Shown: in pieces, positions 48,228 to 59,360 of the stretch
How the letters are laid out: every line of letters begins with the position of its first letter
Numbering within the stretch: position 1 is the stretch's first letter
NCBI GenBank assembly: GCA_032250835.1
Contig: JAVVEA010000004.1
Span: 128,001-192,000 of the forward strand
Length of the DNA stretch: 64,000 bases
Source: a bacterium
Lineage (GTDB): Bacteria > SAR324 > XYD2-FULL-50-16
Reading direction: 5' to 3'
Translations under genes and position numbers: made by a program
Notes under the pieces: model-generated
What the model was told of the DNA's origin: nothing
The model's input: only the letters and a program-made list of their open reading frames with translations
Databases searched by the model: none

Positions 48228-48873
48228 GCCGATCGAAAGCCAAAGCGGGCAACTATTGGCCGCTGCGAACCTATCTCGTCTGTTGGCTGATGTTTTTTGG
48301 GAGCCTCTTTTGTTGGACGCTTCAAGCTTGGGGCATTTGCGACAAGCAGCGTCTAGTTTGGGGCCCAATTTTTTGCAGGCTGTTTTAGTTGCGGAGCGGG
48401 AGCAGGAAGGGCAATCTGTCCAGGAGCTCCGCCTGCTTTACGCCAAGTTATTTTTGGGCCCCTTTGAGTTGATGGCTGCGCCTTATGCGTCGGTCTATCT
48501 TGAGGGCGATGAGGCCTTTTCGGGAAACACCCGCGACTATTTGATGGACCTGTACGGGCGTGGAGGGTTCCGCCTACCGGCCAAGGCCGGTGACCTGCCG
48601 GACCACTTGGCCGTAGAATTGGAATTTGTCTATTTGATGCTTGCCCGGTATTTGCAGTTTGGCGATGAAGCGGCCTTGGGGCTGGCTCAAGAAATGGCCG
48701 AGCATATGGCTTCGTGGTTGCCCCAATGGCAGCGAACTTTGGTTTTGATCCCCCAAGCCAAATATTATTATCCCTTTGGAGACCTAGCTCTGTCTTTGCC
48801 GCCAGCCCTTCTGGCAGCCTTGTCTGCTTCGGGGGCTTGGGAATCTAACCCAGCCGGGGCAGGTCGAAGCTAA
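48202..48873 (+). CDS. arrD: TorD/DmsD-family chaperone (ArrD-like)
   Basis: YAKLFLGP, PYASVYL, LPDHLAVELEF. Confidence 0.8.
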   Translation: MYSTSESSEPIESQSGQLLAAANLSRLLADVFWEPLLLDASSLGHLRQAASSLGPNFLQAVLVAEREQEGQSVQELRLLYAKLFLGPFELMAAPYASVYLEGDEAFSGNTRDYLMDLYGRGGFRLPAKAGDLPDHLAVELEFVYLMLARYLQFGDEAALGLAQEMAEHMASWLPQWQRTLVLIPQAKYYYPFGDLALSLPPALLAALSASGAWESNPAGAGRS

Positions 48874-50488
48874 AGCAGCTGCCTTGGCCCAGTGTGCTGT
48901 CGATCTGTAGGCGGCTGCCCTGGGCCTTTAATAATTCGGTGATCAACACCAAACCCAAACCAGCCCCCTTTTCCCCTGCGGTCCCGTAGGCCGAGGGCTG
49001 CGGTTTGGCGAGGCGCATTCGCTCCAGTTGCGCTGTCTCAATCCCGACACCCTGATCGCTCAGGCTAAACATTACGCGCTCTGGGGTGGCTTGGGCCTTT
49101 AGGTTTAGGTTGCCGCCGGGAAATGAAAATTTGATCCCATTAGAGATCAGGTTACGCAACACCACTAATAAGCCGTGCCGGTCCACCAGCGCCTCGGGGT
49201 TGCCTAGGTCCAAGGTCACCTGGATTTGTTTTTCTTTTAAAAGCAGCTCTAACTGCGCCAAACACTGCTTGATCACTATCCCTATAGGCCTGGGCTCGGG
49301 TGCTTTGTTTTGGTCCGCAAAGGAGAGGCTGGCCCAGTCAAAGAGGTTGTCTACCAGCGCTTTGACCGAATGGCTGCCTTGGCGGACCAGCTCAATGGCC
49401 TCCTGGCCGCTGGTTGAGTCTAAGTCCTCTTCGTCGGCGACCATATCAGTGATCTGAGCAAAGTTGTTGATCGGCCCGCGCAGGTCGTGCGAAAGGATCG
49501 AAAACAGCAGGTTTTTGTGCTGGTTGGCCTCTGTCAACTCGGCGGTGCGTTGGGCGACCCGTTCTTCTAGGCGTTCGTTGGCTTCGCGCAGACGACGGTA
49601 AAGCTGTTTGAGTTCTTGCACCGAAGCGCAAAAGAGCAGGCTGGTTAAGGACATCAGCCCAATAAAGGCTTGGGCGGTGCTGAGCGGTTGGCTGTGGTGG
49701 CCGCTGCTAAAATGCCCGAAGCCATAACTGGTGCTGAGCCAGACGATCAAAAAAGCCAACAGGTTCCAACTGACGACCGCCCTGGGGCTAAAGCGGATCG
49801 CACCCCACAAAAGGGGCAGCAAGAGATAATAGGGTTGCGCCAAAGGGGCGAAGAAGGGGTCATGGGGCCCGAAGACAAACCAGCCGATCCCTAAAATCGC
49901 CAGGGTGATCACCGTCTTTTCGGTCTTGCGTTGGAACCCGATATATAGGGGATCTACACTGAGCCAAAGGGTGAAGGCCGGACCGGCCAGCAGAATACCG
50001 ACCCAGTCCGAAACGCCCCAAAGCCACCAATCCAAGAAAAAGCTGCCCGGCCCTTGGGACCCACCCAGCCGAACGGCAATGGCCCCAAAAAGCGCGGCGG
50101 TGGCCGCCGCAGGTACCGCGCCCAAAAAACCAAAAGCCAGGATGTCTGGGTAGCGGCGTAGTCTCGCGTCAAAGCGGGGCCAGGATTTTAGGGCCATCAA
50201 GCCCAGGTAAGGAGACAGGATATTGCCCGTAGAGATGACCAAATCACGCGCCAAAAGTTCAAGGCTCGCCGAAGAAAACCCCGAAAGGTAGTGCCAATTA
50301 GAAAGGAGGCTGGCCAGGAAAATGGCCGGGGTCACCTGGGTTCCGTAGTAGAGCATCGCGCCAAAGGCAATGCCCGCTGCGGGCCAGACGATCCCTGTGT
50401 CGGATTGAAGACTGGAAAGGGAGATGGAGAGTTCCGCCGTACCTAGGTAGAGCAGAAAAACCCAAAGAGATTCTTTTATTTTGGACAT
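48845..50488 (-). CDS. MASE1-domain sensor histidine kinase
   Basis: VWPAAGIA (MASE1), SHDLRGP, NLISNGIKF, DQGVG, GAGLGL. Confidence 0.88.
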   Translation of the reverse strand: MSKIKESLWVFLLYLGTAELSISLSSLQSDTGIVWPAAGIAFGAMLYYGTQVTPAIFLASLLSNWHYLSGFSSASLELLARDLVISTGNILSPYLGLMALKSWPRFDARLRRYPDILAFGFLGAVPAAATAALFGAIAVRLGGSQGPGSFFLDWWLWGVSDWVGILLAGPAFTLWLSVDPLYIGFQRKTEKTVITLAILGIGWFVFGPHDPFFAPLAQPYYLLLPLLWGAIRFSPRAVVSWNLLAFLIVWLSTSYGFGHFSSGHHSQPLSTAQAFIGLMSLTSLLFCASVQELKQLYRRLREANERLEERVAQRTAELTEANQHKNLLFSILSHDLRGPINNFAQITDMVADEEDLDSTSGQEAIELVRQGSHSVKALVDNLFDWASLSFADQNKAPEPRPIGIVIKQCLAQLELLLKEKQIQVTLDLGNPEALVDRHGLLVVLRNLISNGIKFSFPGGNLNLKAQATPERVMFSLSDQGVGIETAQLERMRLAKPQPSAYGTAGEKGAGLGLVLITELLKAQGSRLQIDSTLGQGSCFSFDLPRLG

Positions 50489-50511
50489 CGATCCCTATAA
50501 AACGAATCACG

Positions 50512-50901
50512 TTATTGCGGGGGATCTAGCTTGAGATTACTGAAACTACTAGCGACTTTTTCCTTTGAAAGCGGTTTCACTAGGTAATAGTCACAGCCTG
50601 TTTCAAAACAGCGGTTAATTAATTCGCGGTCTTCAGAGCCCGTCAGCATGATCACCAACGCCTTGGGGCGGGCTTCCTCGGCCTCCAAGCGGCGCAACTC
50701 GACCAAGGTCTCGGGTCCGCTGATGCCGGGCAAACCAATATCTAAAAAGACCAGATCAAAGGGTTGGTTGGTCCAGCCCTCTTGAAGGCTTTTGATCGCC
50801 TCCTCACCGCTGCCGACTAGGGTGACATCTCCTTTGTCCTCTAAGACCTTGCGGCCCACATGGGCGACTAAAAGGTTGTCTTCTACTAGTAATATCCGCA
50901 A
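50512..50901 (-). CDS. Single-domain response regulator
   Basis: ILLVEDN, VFLDIGLP, IMLT, YLVKP. Confidence 0.85.
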   Translation of the reverse strand: MRILLVEDNLLVAHVGRKVLEDKGDVTLVGSGEEAIKSLQEGWTNQPFDLVFLDIGLPGISGPETLVELRRLEAEEARPKALVIMLTGSEDRELINRCFETGCDYYLVKPLSKEKVASSFSNLKLDPPQ

Positions 50902-51088
50902 ACTAACCCTCCTGATCGTGGCCCCCGGTAGTTTTGGCTATTGTAGGACCGCCACCCCGTTAGGTCAATAAGGTAGAAATGCCCAGCCTGAATGCTGAGG
51001 CGTTAGGCGGCAAGTCAGCGGACTGGGGTAAGGTCCTTGGAGTCCCTACCTGAGCGCGGGTTGGCAGGGCCAACCGCTCGCCCACAAG

Positions 51089-52699
51089 CTAGAATTGCTC
51101 GACCTGAATGTTGAGTTTTTTAAGGCGGTAGGCAATCTGGCGGGGTGTCATGTTCAACAGGCGGGCCGCTTTGGCCTGGACCCAACCAGCTTGTTGCAAG
51201 GCGGCAATCACGCGGTCGCGCTCGTTGGCGATCTCGTTTAGGGGACGGCTGGTGGCCGAGGTGGGGACCGCTACCGATTCGGCGGGTGCCGCGCTAGGCA
51301 TCCCCATGCCCATGGGTTGCCCCGGCGACATGGGGGCCGGGCTGGTTTGGACTTTGTGCATGGCGGCACTCATGCAGTTGCCGGTAGTGCAGGGAAGGTC
51401 CGTCGGGGCGATCACTCCGTCTTTGGCGGTGATGGCGCAGCGGTGCACGCAGTTTTCCAGCTCCCGCACGTTGCCCGGAAAGTCACATTGCTCCAAGATC
51501 TGCATCGCCGCCCCGGTGATCGAAAGCTCGCGCCCCGTATCTTTGCGGAGCTGGGTCAAGAAATGTTCCACCAACAGGGGGATATCCTCTTTGCGGTCGC
51601 GCAGCGGCGGCAAGAAGATAGGCATTACGTTGAGGCGGTAATAGAGGTCTTCGCGGAAATGGCGCTCCGCTACGGCCTGTTCGAGGTTCACATTAGTCGC
51701 CGCCACCACTCGCACGTCTACTTTGATGGTCTCTTCCCCGCCGAGCCGCTCGAACTCGCCTTCTTGTAAGACCCGCAGTAATTTGGTCTGGAAGCTGGGG
51801 CTGGTGTCGCCGATCTCATCTAGATAAATGGTCCCCTGGTGGGCCATCTCGAAGCGGCCCAACTTACGTTTGACGGCACCGGTAAAGGCGCCCTTCTCGT
51901 AGCCGAATAATTCGGATTCCAGCAAGTTATCGGGTAGGGCGGCACAGTTGACCTTAACCAGCGGGCCGTTGGAGCGGGGGCTTTGGTAGTGGATGGCGCG
52001 GGCGACGCCCTCTTTACCGGTGCCCGACTCGCCCCGGACTAAGACCGTCGCGTCCCATAGGGCCACTTGGCGTAGCGTTTCAAAGACCTGCTCCATCAGC
52101 CGCGAACGCCCCACCATGTTCTGGGGGTTGAAGCGGTCTTTGAGCTGGCTTTTGAGCTCCTGGCGCTCTTTTTGGATCTTTAGGGTTTCCTGCTCGTGGC
52201 GCACCAGTCGGCTCAAGACGCTGCCGATCAAGTTAGCCAAGGTGACCACGATTTTTTCGTGTTCGTCTAAACGGAAGTGTTCCTTGGCGTCTAAGGTGGT
52301 GGTCAAGACACCCAAAATATGTTCGCGGTCTAAGATCGGCACGCCGATGAAGCAGTGGTTGGGGTCGTGCATCCCTAAGCGGTTTAAGAACCGGGGATCG
52401 TCACCGATGCGGCGGATGGTTAGGGGCTTTTGGGTTTTGACGATCAAGCCGGTGATCCCTTCGCCTTTTTTATAGCGCACCTGTCCTTGTCGTTCGGGCT
52501 CCAATCCGTGGGCGACCTCGACCAGCAAGCTGTTGGATTCGCGGTCAAACAGCGCCACCACAGCCTTGTGGTAGCCTAGGCGCTCCTCTAGGATCTCTAG
52601 GATGCGCGCCAAGGTCTGCTTGGAATCCAAATTTAGCTTAAAACACTGGGAGACCTGAAAGATGGCCTCCAAGGCTTTCGCGTTGAGGTCGATCATCAA
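51089..52699 (-). CDS. nifA: Nif-specific sigma54 activator
   Basis: GAF domain, [24 protein letters not shown]-terminal [22 protein letters not shown]. Confidence 0.95.
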   Translation of the reverse strand: MMIDLNAKALEAIFQVSQCFKLNLDSKQTLARILEILEERLGYHKAVVALFDRESNSLLVEVAHGLEPERQGQVRYKKGEGITGLIVKTQKPLTIRRIGDDPRFLNRLGMHDPNHCFIGVPILDREHILGVLTTTLDAKEHFRLDEHEKIVVTLANLIGSVLSRLVRHEQETLKIQKERQELKSQLKDRFNPQNMVGRSRLMEQVFETLRQVALWDATVLVRGESGTGKEGVARAIHYQSPRSNGPLVKVNCAALPDNLLESELFGYEKGAFTGAVKRKLGRFEMAHQGTIYLDEIGDTSPSFQTKLLRVLQEGEFERLGGEETIKVDVRVVAATNVNLEQAVAERHFREDLYYRLNVMPIFLPPLRDRKEDIPLLVEHFLTQLRKDTGRELSITGAAMQILEQCDFPGNVRELENCVHRCAITAKDGVIAPTDLPCTTGNCMSAAMHKVQTSPAPMSPGQPMGMGMPSAAPAESVAVPTSATSRPLNEIANERDRVIAALQQAGWVQAKAARLLNMTPRQIAYRLKKLNIQVEQF

Positions 52700-52702
52700 T
52701 CC

Positions 52703-54262
52703 TTAAGGGAAGGTCATCATCATCAAGGCACCACCCAGCGCCGAGCGGTTGATCTCGATGCGGGCTCCTTGCTGGTTTAAGATCTGAAAAAGCATGGTCA
52801 GGCTTAAGCCCTCGTGCCCTTCTTTGGTGGTGTGCAGCGGTTCAAAAACTTTCATGCGGTGTTCTTCGGGGATGCCGTCGCCGGAGTCTTCAACCGTAAT
52901 GTGTCGCCCTAAGGGGTCTTCAAAGAGGCGTACCAGCACCTGCCCTTTGCGCCCTTCTAAAGCCTCGGTGGCATTGTCGATCAGGAAACCCACCAACAAC
53001 AGCAACACCTCGCTGGTCATGGGGTAAGGGGTTTTGGGGTGGCCGTTTTCTAAAATGAAATCCAAACCCGCCTCTTGGAGGCGTGGGGCAAAGAGGTGGG
53101 CCAAGCCCTTTTCTAGGTCTAAAGAGGTGGCTTGCCCCTCGGCGTATCCTTTGAAGTCTTCGGCCCGCAGCGCATCGCGTAAGACCGACTCCATCTCAAA
53201 CAACCGGCGGTTCAGCTCGACCATGCCCGGCTTTTGGTCTTGTGGTTGGGCCATTTGCAACCGCCCCAAAATTGCCTTACAGACGTTGAGCGGTTGGGAG
53301 AGCTGGATAGAGAGGCTATTGGCCAGCTCGCGCCGGGCCCATTTCTTCTCTAGGCGGTGGATGCTCAAGGCGCGGGTTTTGGTGTCTAGTTCTTCTTTCT
53401 TGGCCACCAACTCGCTCAGGTCCGAAAGATAGACCACATAAACGGGCTTTTCGTCGGTTTGGCCCAACAGGTAACTGGCGGGAACCTTCTGGCCTTGGGT
53501 GAGAAAGGTCTTCTCGCCCCGGCTGGTGGTCAGGGTCAGTTTCTTTTGGTCGAGCCGGTGTTTGCGGCCAAATTGATCAGAAAGGAGGGTCGATAAAAGC
53601 TTGGGGCCCTCTTTGCCTAAGTCGCTAAATAGCGTCTTGAGCGCCAAGTTTTCCATCAGCCAGCGCCCCTCTTGGTTAAACACGCCCACGGCATTATCCG
53701 AGAGGTTCACCAGCTTTTCTAAAAAGAGCTTTTGGCCCCGTAATTTTTCTTCTACCGCCAGTTCTTCGGTCACGTCGCGTAGCGTTAAGACCTGATGGAT
53801 CATGCCGCCTAAGGGGTTCTGGGCCAATACGGCCGAGATCACCAAACTGCGCGGCCCCTCGGGTCCTTTAAGGTGTTGCAACATGCCCTCGTAGGTCTGC
53901 CCGGCGGCCAGTAGGTTTTGGATTTGGCGCCAAGCGGCGGTTCCGTCGCGGTCTAAAAAGCTTTCGAAGTTGCGCCCGATCAGGTCCGCACCGGCTATGC
54001 CCACGAGGTCTTCAAAGGCCGGATTGGCCAAGCGGATGCCCTGGTCAGGGCAGTAGACCGCCACGGCGTCGGTGGCGTGGGAGAGGGCCAGGGCCATTTC
54101 ATGTTCCTGGGCCCGCAGACGCTCGCGTTCCTTTTCTAAGCTGGACATGCCTTGGTCCAGTATCTCCGCCAACTGTTGTAGGCTTTCGGCGCTGGGTACG
54201 GTCCCCGAATCCAGGGCTCGTTTCAAGCCTTCGATTTCATAGCGCCACTGCCTAAAGATCAT
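52703..54262 (-). CDS. nifL: NifL-like PAS/GHKL protein
   Basis: Two PAS-like regions, degenerate H-box LSIQLSQPLN, DNATEA, DSGDGIP, FEPLHTTK; ends 3 nt before nifA start. Confidence 0.65.
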   Translation of the reverse strand: MIFRQWRYEIEGLKRALDSGTVPSAESLQQLAEILDQGMSSLEKERERLRAQEHEMALALSHATDAVAVYCPDQGIRLANPAFEDLVGIAGADLIGRNFESFLDRDGTAAWRQIQNLLAAGQTYEGMLQHLKGPEGPRSLVISAVLAQNPLGGMIHQVLTLRDVTEELAVEEKLRGQKLFLEKLVNLSDNAVGVFNQEGRWLMENLALKTLFSDLGKEGPKLLSTLLSDQFGRKHRLDQKKLTLTTSRGEKTFLTQGQKVPASYLLGQTDEKPVYVVYLSDLSELVAKKEELDTKTRALSIHRLEKKWARRELANSLSIQLSQPLNVCKAILGRLQMAQPQDQKPGMVELNRRLFEMESVLRDALRAEDFKGYAEGQATSLDLEKGLAHLFAPRLQEAGLDFILENGHPKTPYPMTSEVLLLLVGFLIDNATEALEGRKGQVLVRLFEDPLGRHITVEDSGDGIPEEHRMKVFEPLHTTKEGHEGLSLTMLFQILNQQGARIEINRSALGGALMMMTFP

Positions 54263-54711
54263 GCCGGTTCCAGTTGGGGTTCGAAGAGCAGGCTCAGTTG
54301 AGAGGGGTCCTGATCGAAACGTACTTCGTATATATAGCCACGCCCGTCTAAGTAGGTGCGTACCGTGATCTTGCCTTGGGCCCCTTTGGGCCAGAGTAAC
54401 TCACCGTTTTTGGTCAGGTCCGCCGTCGCCTTGATGCGGATTCCCGGCTCGTATTTGGGCGGCTCCCAGGGCTGTTCAAAGTCGATCAGCTCCCGTTCTT
54501 TACAGCCCAAAAAGCGGCCCTTCTCCACAAAATCGACCTCATAAACCAGATCGTCAAGGAAGTAGCCTACATTGCGCACAAACCCGAAGTCACCGGCCTC
54601 TTGTAATTGCTCCCCCCGTTTGGCCCCATATAGGGTGCCGTCGTTGTGGATCGGGGAGACCAAGCGTACCTTTTGGCCGATGGCGAATTTGTATATATTA
54701 GAATCGTCCAT
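54259..54711 (-). CDS. nifZ: NifZ
   Basis: GQKVR...NDGT.YG..RG..L...G..GFVRNVGYFL...GCKEREL. Confidence 0.88.
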   Translation of the reverse strand: MDDSNIYKFAIGQKVRLVSPIHNDGTLYGAKRGEQLQEAGDFGFVRNVGYFLDDLVYEVDFVEKGRFLGCKERELIDFEQPWEPPKYEPGIRIKATADLTKNGELLWPKGAQGKITVRTYLDGRGYIYEVRFDQDPSQLSLLFEPQLEPA

Positions 54712-54725
54712 CTTTGGCCTCGGGG

Positions 54726-55058
54726 TTAGGCAAATTTGTCAAAAACGTCCATTGCGGCGAAATTGCTCGTCTCGGTGCTGCAACCGGTATTACATCCCAT
54801 ACAGGGGCCGGTCACCTCGAAGGCCTTGGGCGCGTCTTCTTTGGACTGCTCGCACCAAGCCTGGGCCAGGGCACTTTTGGCGGCTTGGTACATTTCTTCT
54901 TCACCTAAATCTTGGGGCACAACACTCAGCTTAGAGCGGTACAGCTTAAGCAGGTGTAAGCGGATCACATTAAGCCGGTCTTCATCGAAGGGCAATTCAA
55001 AATATTCGAAGTAGGCTTCGGCGGAGTCTAATTCTTGTAAGTCTTCCATTACGCTCAT
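54726..55058 (-). CDS. nifW: NifW (start placed at MSVMEDL)
   Basis: LDSAEAYFEYFELPFD..LNVIRLHLLK. Confidence 0.85.
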   Translation of the reverse strand: MSVMEDLQELDSAEAYFEYFELPFDEDRLNVIRLHLLKLYRSKLSVVPQDLGEEEMYQAAKSALAQAWCEQSKEDAPKAFEVTGPCMGCNTGCSTETSNFAAMDVFDKFA

Positions 55059-55124
55059 GGGGTCTCCTTTGGGGGAACGTTCAGGGGTGGCGGTTCGGTT
55101 TGCGAACCTTGATCGGTCCATAGC

Positions 55125-55140
55125 TGCAAGAGCAGTGCCC
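55125..55140 (-). promoter_or_regulatory. sigma54 promoter of nifW-nifZ-nifL-nifA
   Basis: Minus strand GGGCACTGCTCTTGCA (GG-N10-GC). Confidence 0.75.
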
Positions 55141-55225
55141 CTAAGTCTTTAGTTTTGGCCCAACTGAGTGGTAGTCGCCTTTAAGAGCGCATTGAGGGTT
55201 ATCCTATATAGGTATAAAAGCGGAC

Positions 55226-55286
55226 TGTCGCAGATGCGACACAACCCTCCAGACATCTTGTAGGGTTTATTGTCGCAAATGCGACA
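55226..55286. promoter_or_regulatory. Two palindromic NifA sites
   Basis: TGTCGCAGATGCGACA (55226-55241) and TGTCGCAAATGCGACA (55271-55286). Confidence 0.85.
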
Positions 55287-55385
55287 AATTGTCGCAAGGA
55301 CTCCACAAAAGATTCCCGTCTGTTTTGGGACAAAATAAATTTAACCTATTGGTATCATGTATCAAAATATTGTTTTACGGCGGCG

Positions 55386-55401
55386 TGGCACGGCTCTGGC
55401 T
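55386..55401 (+). promoter_or_regulatory. sigma54 promoter of nifH
   Basis: TGGCACGGCTCTGGCT (GG-N10-GC) after an AT-rich tract. Confidence 0.8.
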
Positions 55402-55440
55402 CTAACCTAAATCAAATTGGATTTCATCAAACCCCACTAA

Positions 55441-56331
<891 letters not shown>

Positions 56332-56360
56332 GTAATCGAAAAAACATCAGGAGGAACGCG

Positions 56361-57812
56361 ATGAATGCTAAAAATCAGCCTCTGACGAAAGACGGTGCCG
56401 AGAAGATCATCTCGGAAGTCTTAGAGGTTTACCCCGAAGAGACGAAAGCCAACCGTCTCAAGCACCTGACCGTCAAAGAAGAAGGTCAGGAAGCTAAAGG
56501 CAACTGTGTGAAGGCCAACCGCAAGTCGGTTCCAGGCGTTATGACCATCCGCGGTTGTGCCTACGCCGGTTCTAAAGGTGTGGTTTTCGGTCCGATCAAG
56601 GACATGATCCACATCAGCCACGGCCCCGTGGGCTGCGGTCAGTACAGCTGGGGTACCCGCCGGAACTATTCGAAGGGCACCACCGGTATCGACAACTTTG
56701 TGGTCATGCAGATCACCTCGGACTTCCAAGAGAACGACGTCGTCTTCGGTGGCGACAAGAAGTTGGAAGTGATGCTCAGCGAGATCAAGACCCTGTTCCC
56801 GCTAGCCAAAGGGATTTCGATCCAATCGGAATGCCCCATCGGCTTAATCGGTGACGACATCGAGGCGGTCTCGAAGAAGATGAGCAAAGAATTGGAATTG
56901 CCGATCGTCCCGGTTCGCTGCGAAGGCTTCCGCGGTGTGTCCCAGTCTTTGGGCCACCACTTAGCCAACGACGCCATCCGCGACTGGATCTTGGGCAAAC
57001 AAGAGCCCAGCTTCCAGCCCACCGATTATGACGTTTCGATCATCGGTGACTACAACATCGGCGGTGACGCCTGGGCTTCTCGTATCCTCTTAGAGGAAAT
57101 GGGTCTGCGGGTTGTGGCTCAGTGGTCTGGTGATGCTTCGATCAACGAAGTGCAGTCTACCCACGGTTCTAAATTGAACCTGATCCACTGCTACCGCTCG
57201 ATGAACTACATCTGCCGCTCGATGGAAGAAAAGTTCAACATCCCCTGGATGGAGTACAACTTCTTCGGCCCCACCAAGATCGAGGAAAGCTTGCGCGCCA
57301 TTGCCGCCAAGTTTGACCAGAAGATCCAGGACAACGCCGAGAAGATGATCCTCAAGTACAAAGGTTGGATGGATCAGGTAGACGCCAAGTTCAAGCCTCG
57401 TTTAGAAGGCAAGCGCGTGATGTTGTATGTCGGTGGCTTGCGCCCCCGCCACGTAATCGGCGCTTACGAAGACTTAGGGATGGAAATCGTCGGTACGGGC
57501 TACGAGTTCGGCCACAATGACGACTACGACCGCACCATGCATTACTTGAAGAACACCACCTTGATCTATGACGACGTCACTTCTTATGAGCTCGAAGAGT
57601 TCGTTAAGCGGATCAACCCTGACTTGGTGGGTTCGGGCATCAAAGAAAAGTACACCATGCAGAAGATGGGCTTCCCCTTCCGCCAGATGCACTCTTGGGA
57701 CTACTCGGGACCCTACCATGGCTACCATGGTTACCCGATCTTCGCCCGGGACATGGACATGGCGATCAATGCACCGGTTTACACCAAGATGAAAGCACCC
57801 TGGAAGAAATAA
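56361..57812 (+). CDS. nifD: MoFe protein alpha chain
   Basis: [32 protein letters not shown]; short group I type. Confidence 0.98.
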   Translation: MNAKNQPLTKDGAEKIISEVLEVYPEETKANRLKHLTVKEEGQEAKGNCVKANRKSVPGVMTIRGCAYAGSKGVVFGPIKDMIHISHGPVGCGQYSWGTRRNYSKGTTGIDNFVVMQITSDFQENDVVFGGDKKLEVMLSEIKTLFPLAKGISIQSECPIGLIGDDIEAVSKKMSKELELPIVPVRCEGFRGVSQSLGHHLANDAIRDWILGKQEPSFQPTDYDVSIIGDYNIGGDAWASRILLEEMGLRVVAQWSGDASINEVQSTHGSKLNLIHCYRSMNYICRSMEEKFNIPWMEYNFFGPTKIEESLRAIAAKFDQKIQDNAEKMILKYKGWMDQVDAKFKPRLEGKRVMLYVGGLRPRHVIGAYEDLGMEIVGTGYEFGHNDDYDRTMHYLKNTTLIYDDVTSYELEEFVKRINPDLVGSGIKEKYTMQKMGFPFRQMHSWDYSGPYHGYHGYPIFARDMDMAINAPVYTKMKAPWKK

Positions 57813-57827
57813 CCTTAGGAGGACCAG

Positions 57828-59354
57828 ATGAGCGACGAATTGATCGTAAAGGATCATAACCAGGTCTTCGAAGAAGAAGTCTTCCAGAAGACCTTTGCGG
57901 ACAAAAAGGAATTTGAGTGTGGCGCTTCTGAAGAAGTAGTGGCCCAACAACTTGAGTTCTCTAAGTCCGCAGAATACAAGGAACTGAACTTTGGCCGCAA
58001 GTTCTTAAAAATCAACCCAGCCAAAGCTTGCCAGCCCTTGGGCGCTATCTTGGCTGCTTCGGGTTTTGACGGCTGCCTTCCTTATGTGCACGGTTCGCAG
58101 GGCTGTACGGCTTATTTCCGCAGCCACTTCAACCGCCACTTTAAGGAGCCTTTCTCGGCTGTTAGTGACTCGATGACCGAAGACGCGGCGGTATTCGGTG
58201 GGCACAAGAACATGTACGAAGGTCTCAAGAACGCGATGACCATCTACAAGCCCAAGATGATTGCGGTTTGTACTACCTGTATGGCTGAGGTCATCGGGGA
58301 CGACTTAAACGCATTCATCGGCAACGCTAAAGACGAGGGGTACATCCCCAATGAGTTCCCTGTGCCTTTCGCACACACTCCGTCTTTCGTGGGCAGCCAC
58401 GTCACCGGTTACGACCAGATGATGCGCGGTTTCTTGTTCTACTTCACCAAAGGTAAGCCGAAAGCGGCCACCAACAACGGTAAAGTGAACATCATCCCCG
58501 GCTTCGACGGTTACACCGTGGGCAACACCCGCGAGATCAAGCGCATGTTGGATATGATGGGTGCCGGTTACACCATCTTAGGGGACAACTCAGACATCTT
58601 AGATACCCCGATGGACGGTACCTACCGGATGTATGACGGCGGCACCACCATTGAAGAGGTCAGCGATGCCCACAACGCTATCGCCACCATCTCTTTGTTG
58701 GGCGACTCCACCTCTAAGGTCACCAAGGCCTGTGTGGAAGCTGACTGGGAAGCTCAGTACATGGACATCACCCCGCTGGGTGTGGACGGGACTGACGCTT
58801 TCTTGATGAAAATGTCTGAACTGACCGGCAAAGAAGTGCCCGAGTCGCTCTCCATTGAGCGCGGACGGGCGTTGGACGCCATGGCCGACAGCAACCTTTA
58901 CCTGCACGGCAAGAAGTTCAGCATCTTCGGCGACACCTCTTATGTAGAAGCCTTAGTTGACTTCTACATGGAACTGGGTGCAGAGCCCTTGCACATTGTC
59001 TGCACCAACGGCACCAAGCGTTGGGGCAAGCAGTTGCGCAAGAAACTGGCCGCTACCGAGTTCGGTAAAGACGCCCAGGTTCATGACGGCGCGGATCTTT
59101 GGCACCTGCGTAGCTTGATGTACGAGACCAAGCCTGATTTCTTGGTCGGTAGTACCTACGGCAAGCAGATCTGTACTGAGATGGATGTGCCTTTGGTTCG
59201 GATCGGTTTCCCGATCTTTGACCGCCACCACCTGCACCGGTACCCGACCTTCGGTTACCAAGGTGTGATCAACATCCTGCAATGGACTGTTAACACGTTG
59301 TTAGACGACCTGGACCGCAAGGCCAGCGACTTCAACAATGACTTCGTAAGGTAA
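57828..59354 (+). CDS. nifK: MoFe protein beta chain
   Basis: NPAKACQPLG, HGSQGC, TTCMAEVIGDD, GFPIFDRHH. Confidence 0.98.
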   Translation: MSDELIVKDHNQVFEEEVFQKTFADKKEFECGASEEVVAQQLEFSKSAEYKELNFGRKFLKINPAKACQPLGAILAASGFDGCLPYVHGSQGCTAYFRSHFNRHFKEPFSAVSDSMTEDAAVFGGHKNMYEGLKNAMTIYKPKMIAVCTTCMAEVIGDDLNAFIGNAKDEGYIPNEFPVPFAHTPSFVGSHVTGYDQMMRGFLFYFTKGKPKAATNNGKVNIIPGFDGYTVGNTREIKRMLDMMGAGYTILGDNSDILDTPMDGTYRMYDGGTTIEEVSDAHNAIATISLLGDSTSKVTKACVEADWEAQYMDITPLGVDGTDAFLMKMSELTGKEVPESLSIERGRALDAMADSNLYLHGKKFSIFGDTSYVEALVDFYMELGAEPLHIVCTNGTKRWGKQLRKKLAATEFGKDAQVHDGADLWHLRSLMYETKPDFLVGSTYGKQICTEMDVPLVRIGFPIFDRHHLHRYPTFGYQGVINILQWTVNTLLDDLDRKASDFNNDFVR

Positions 59355-59360
59355 AAAGCC

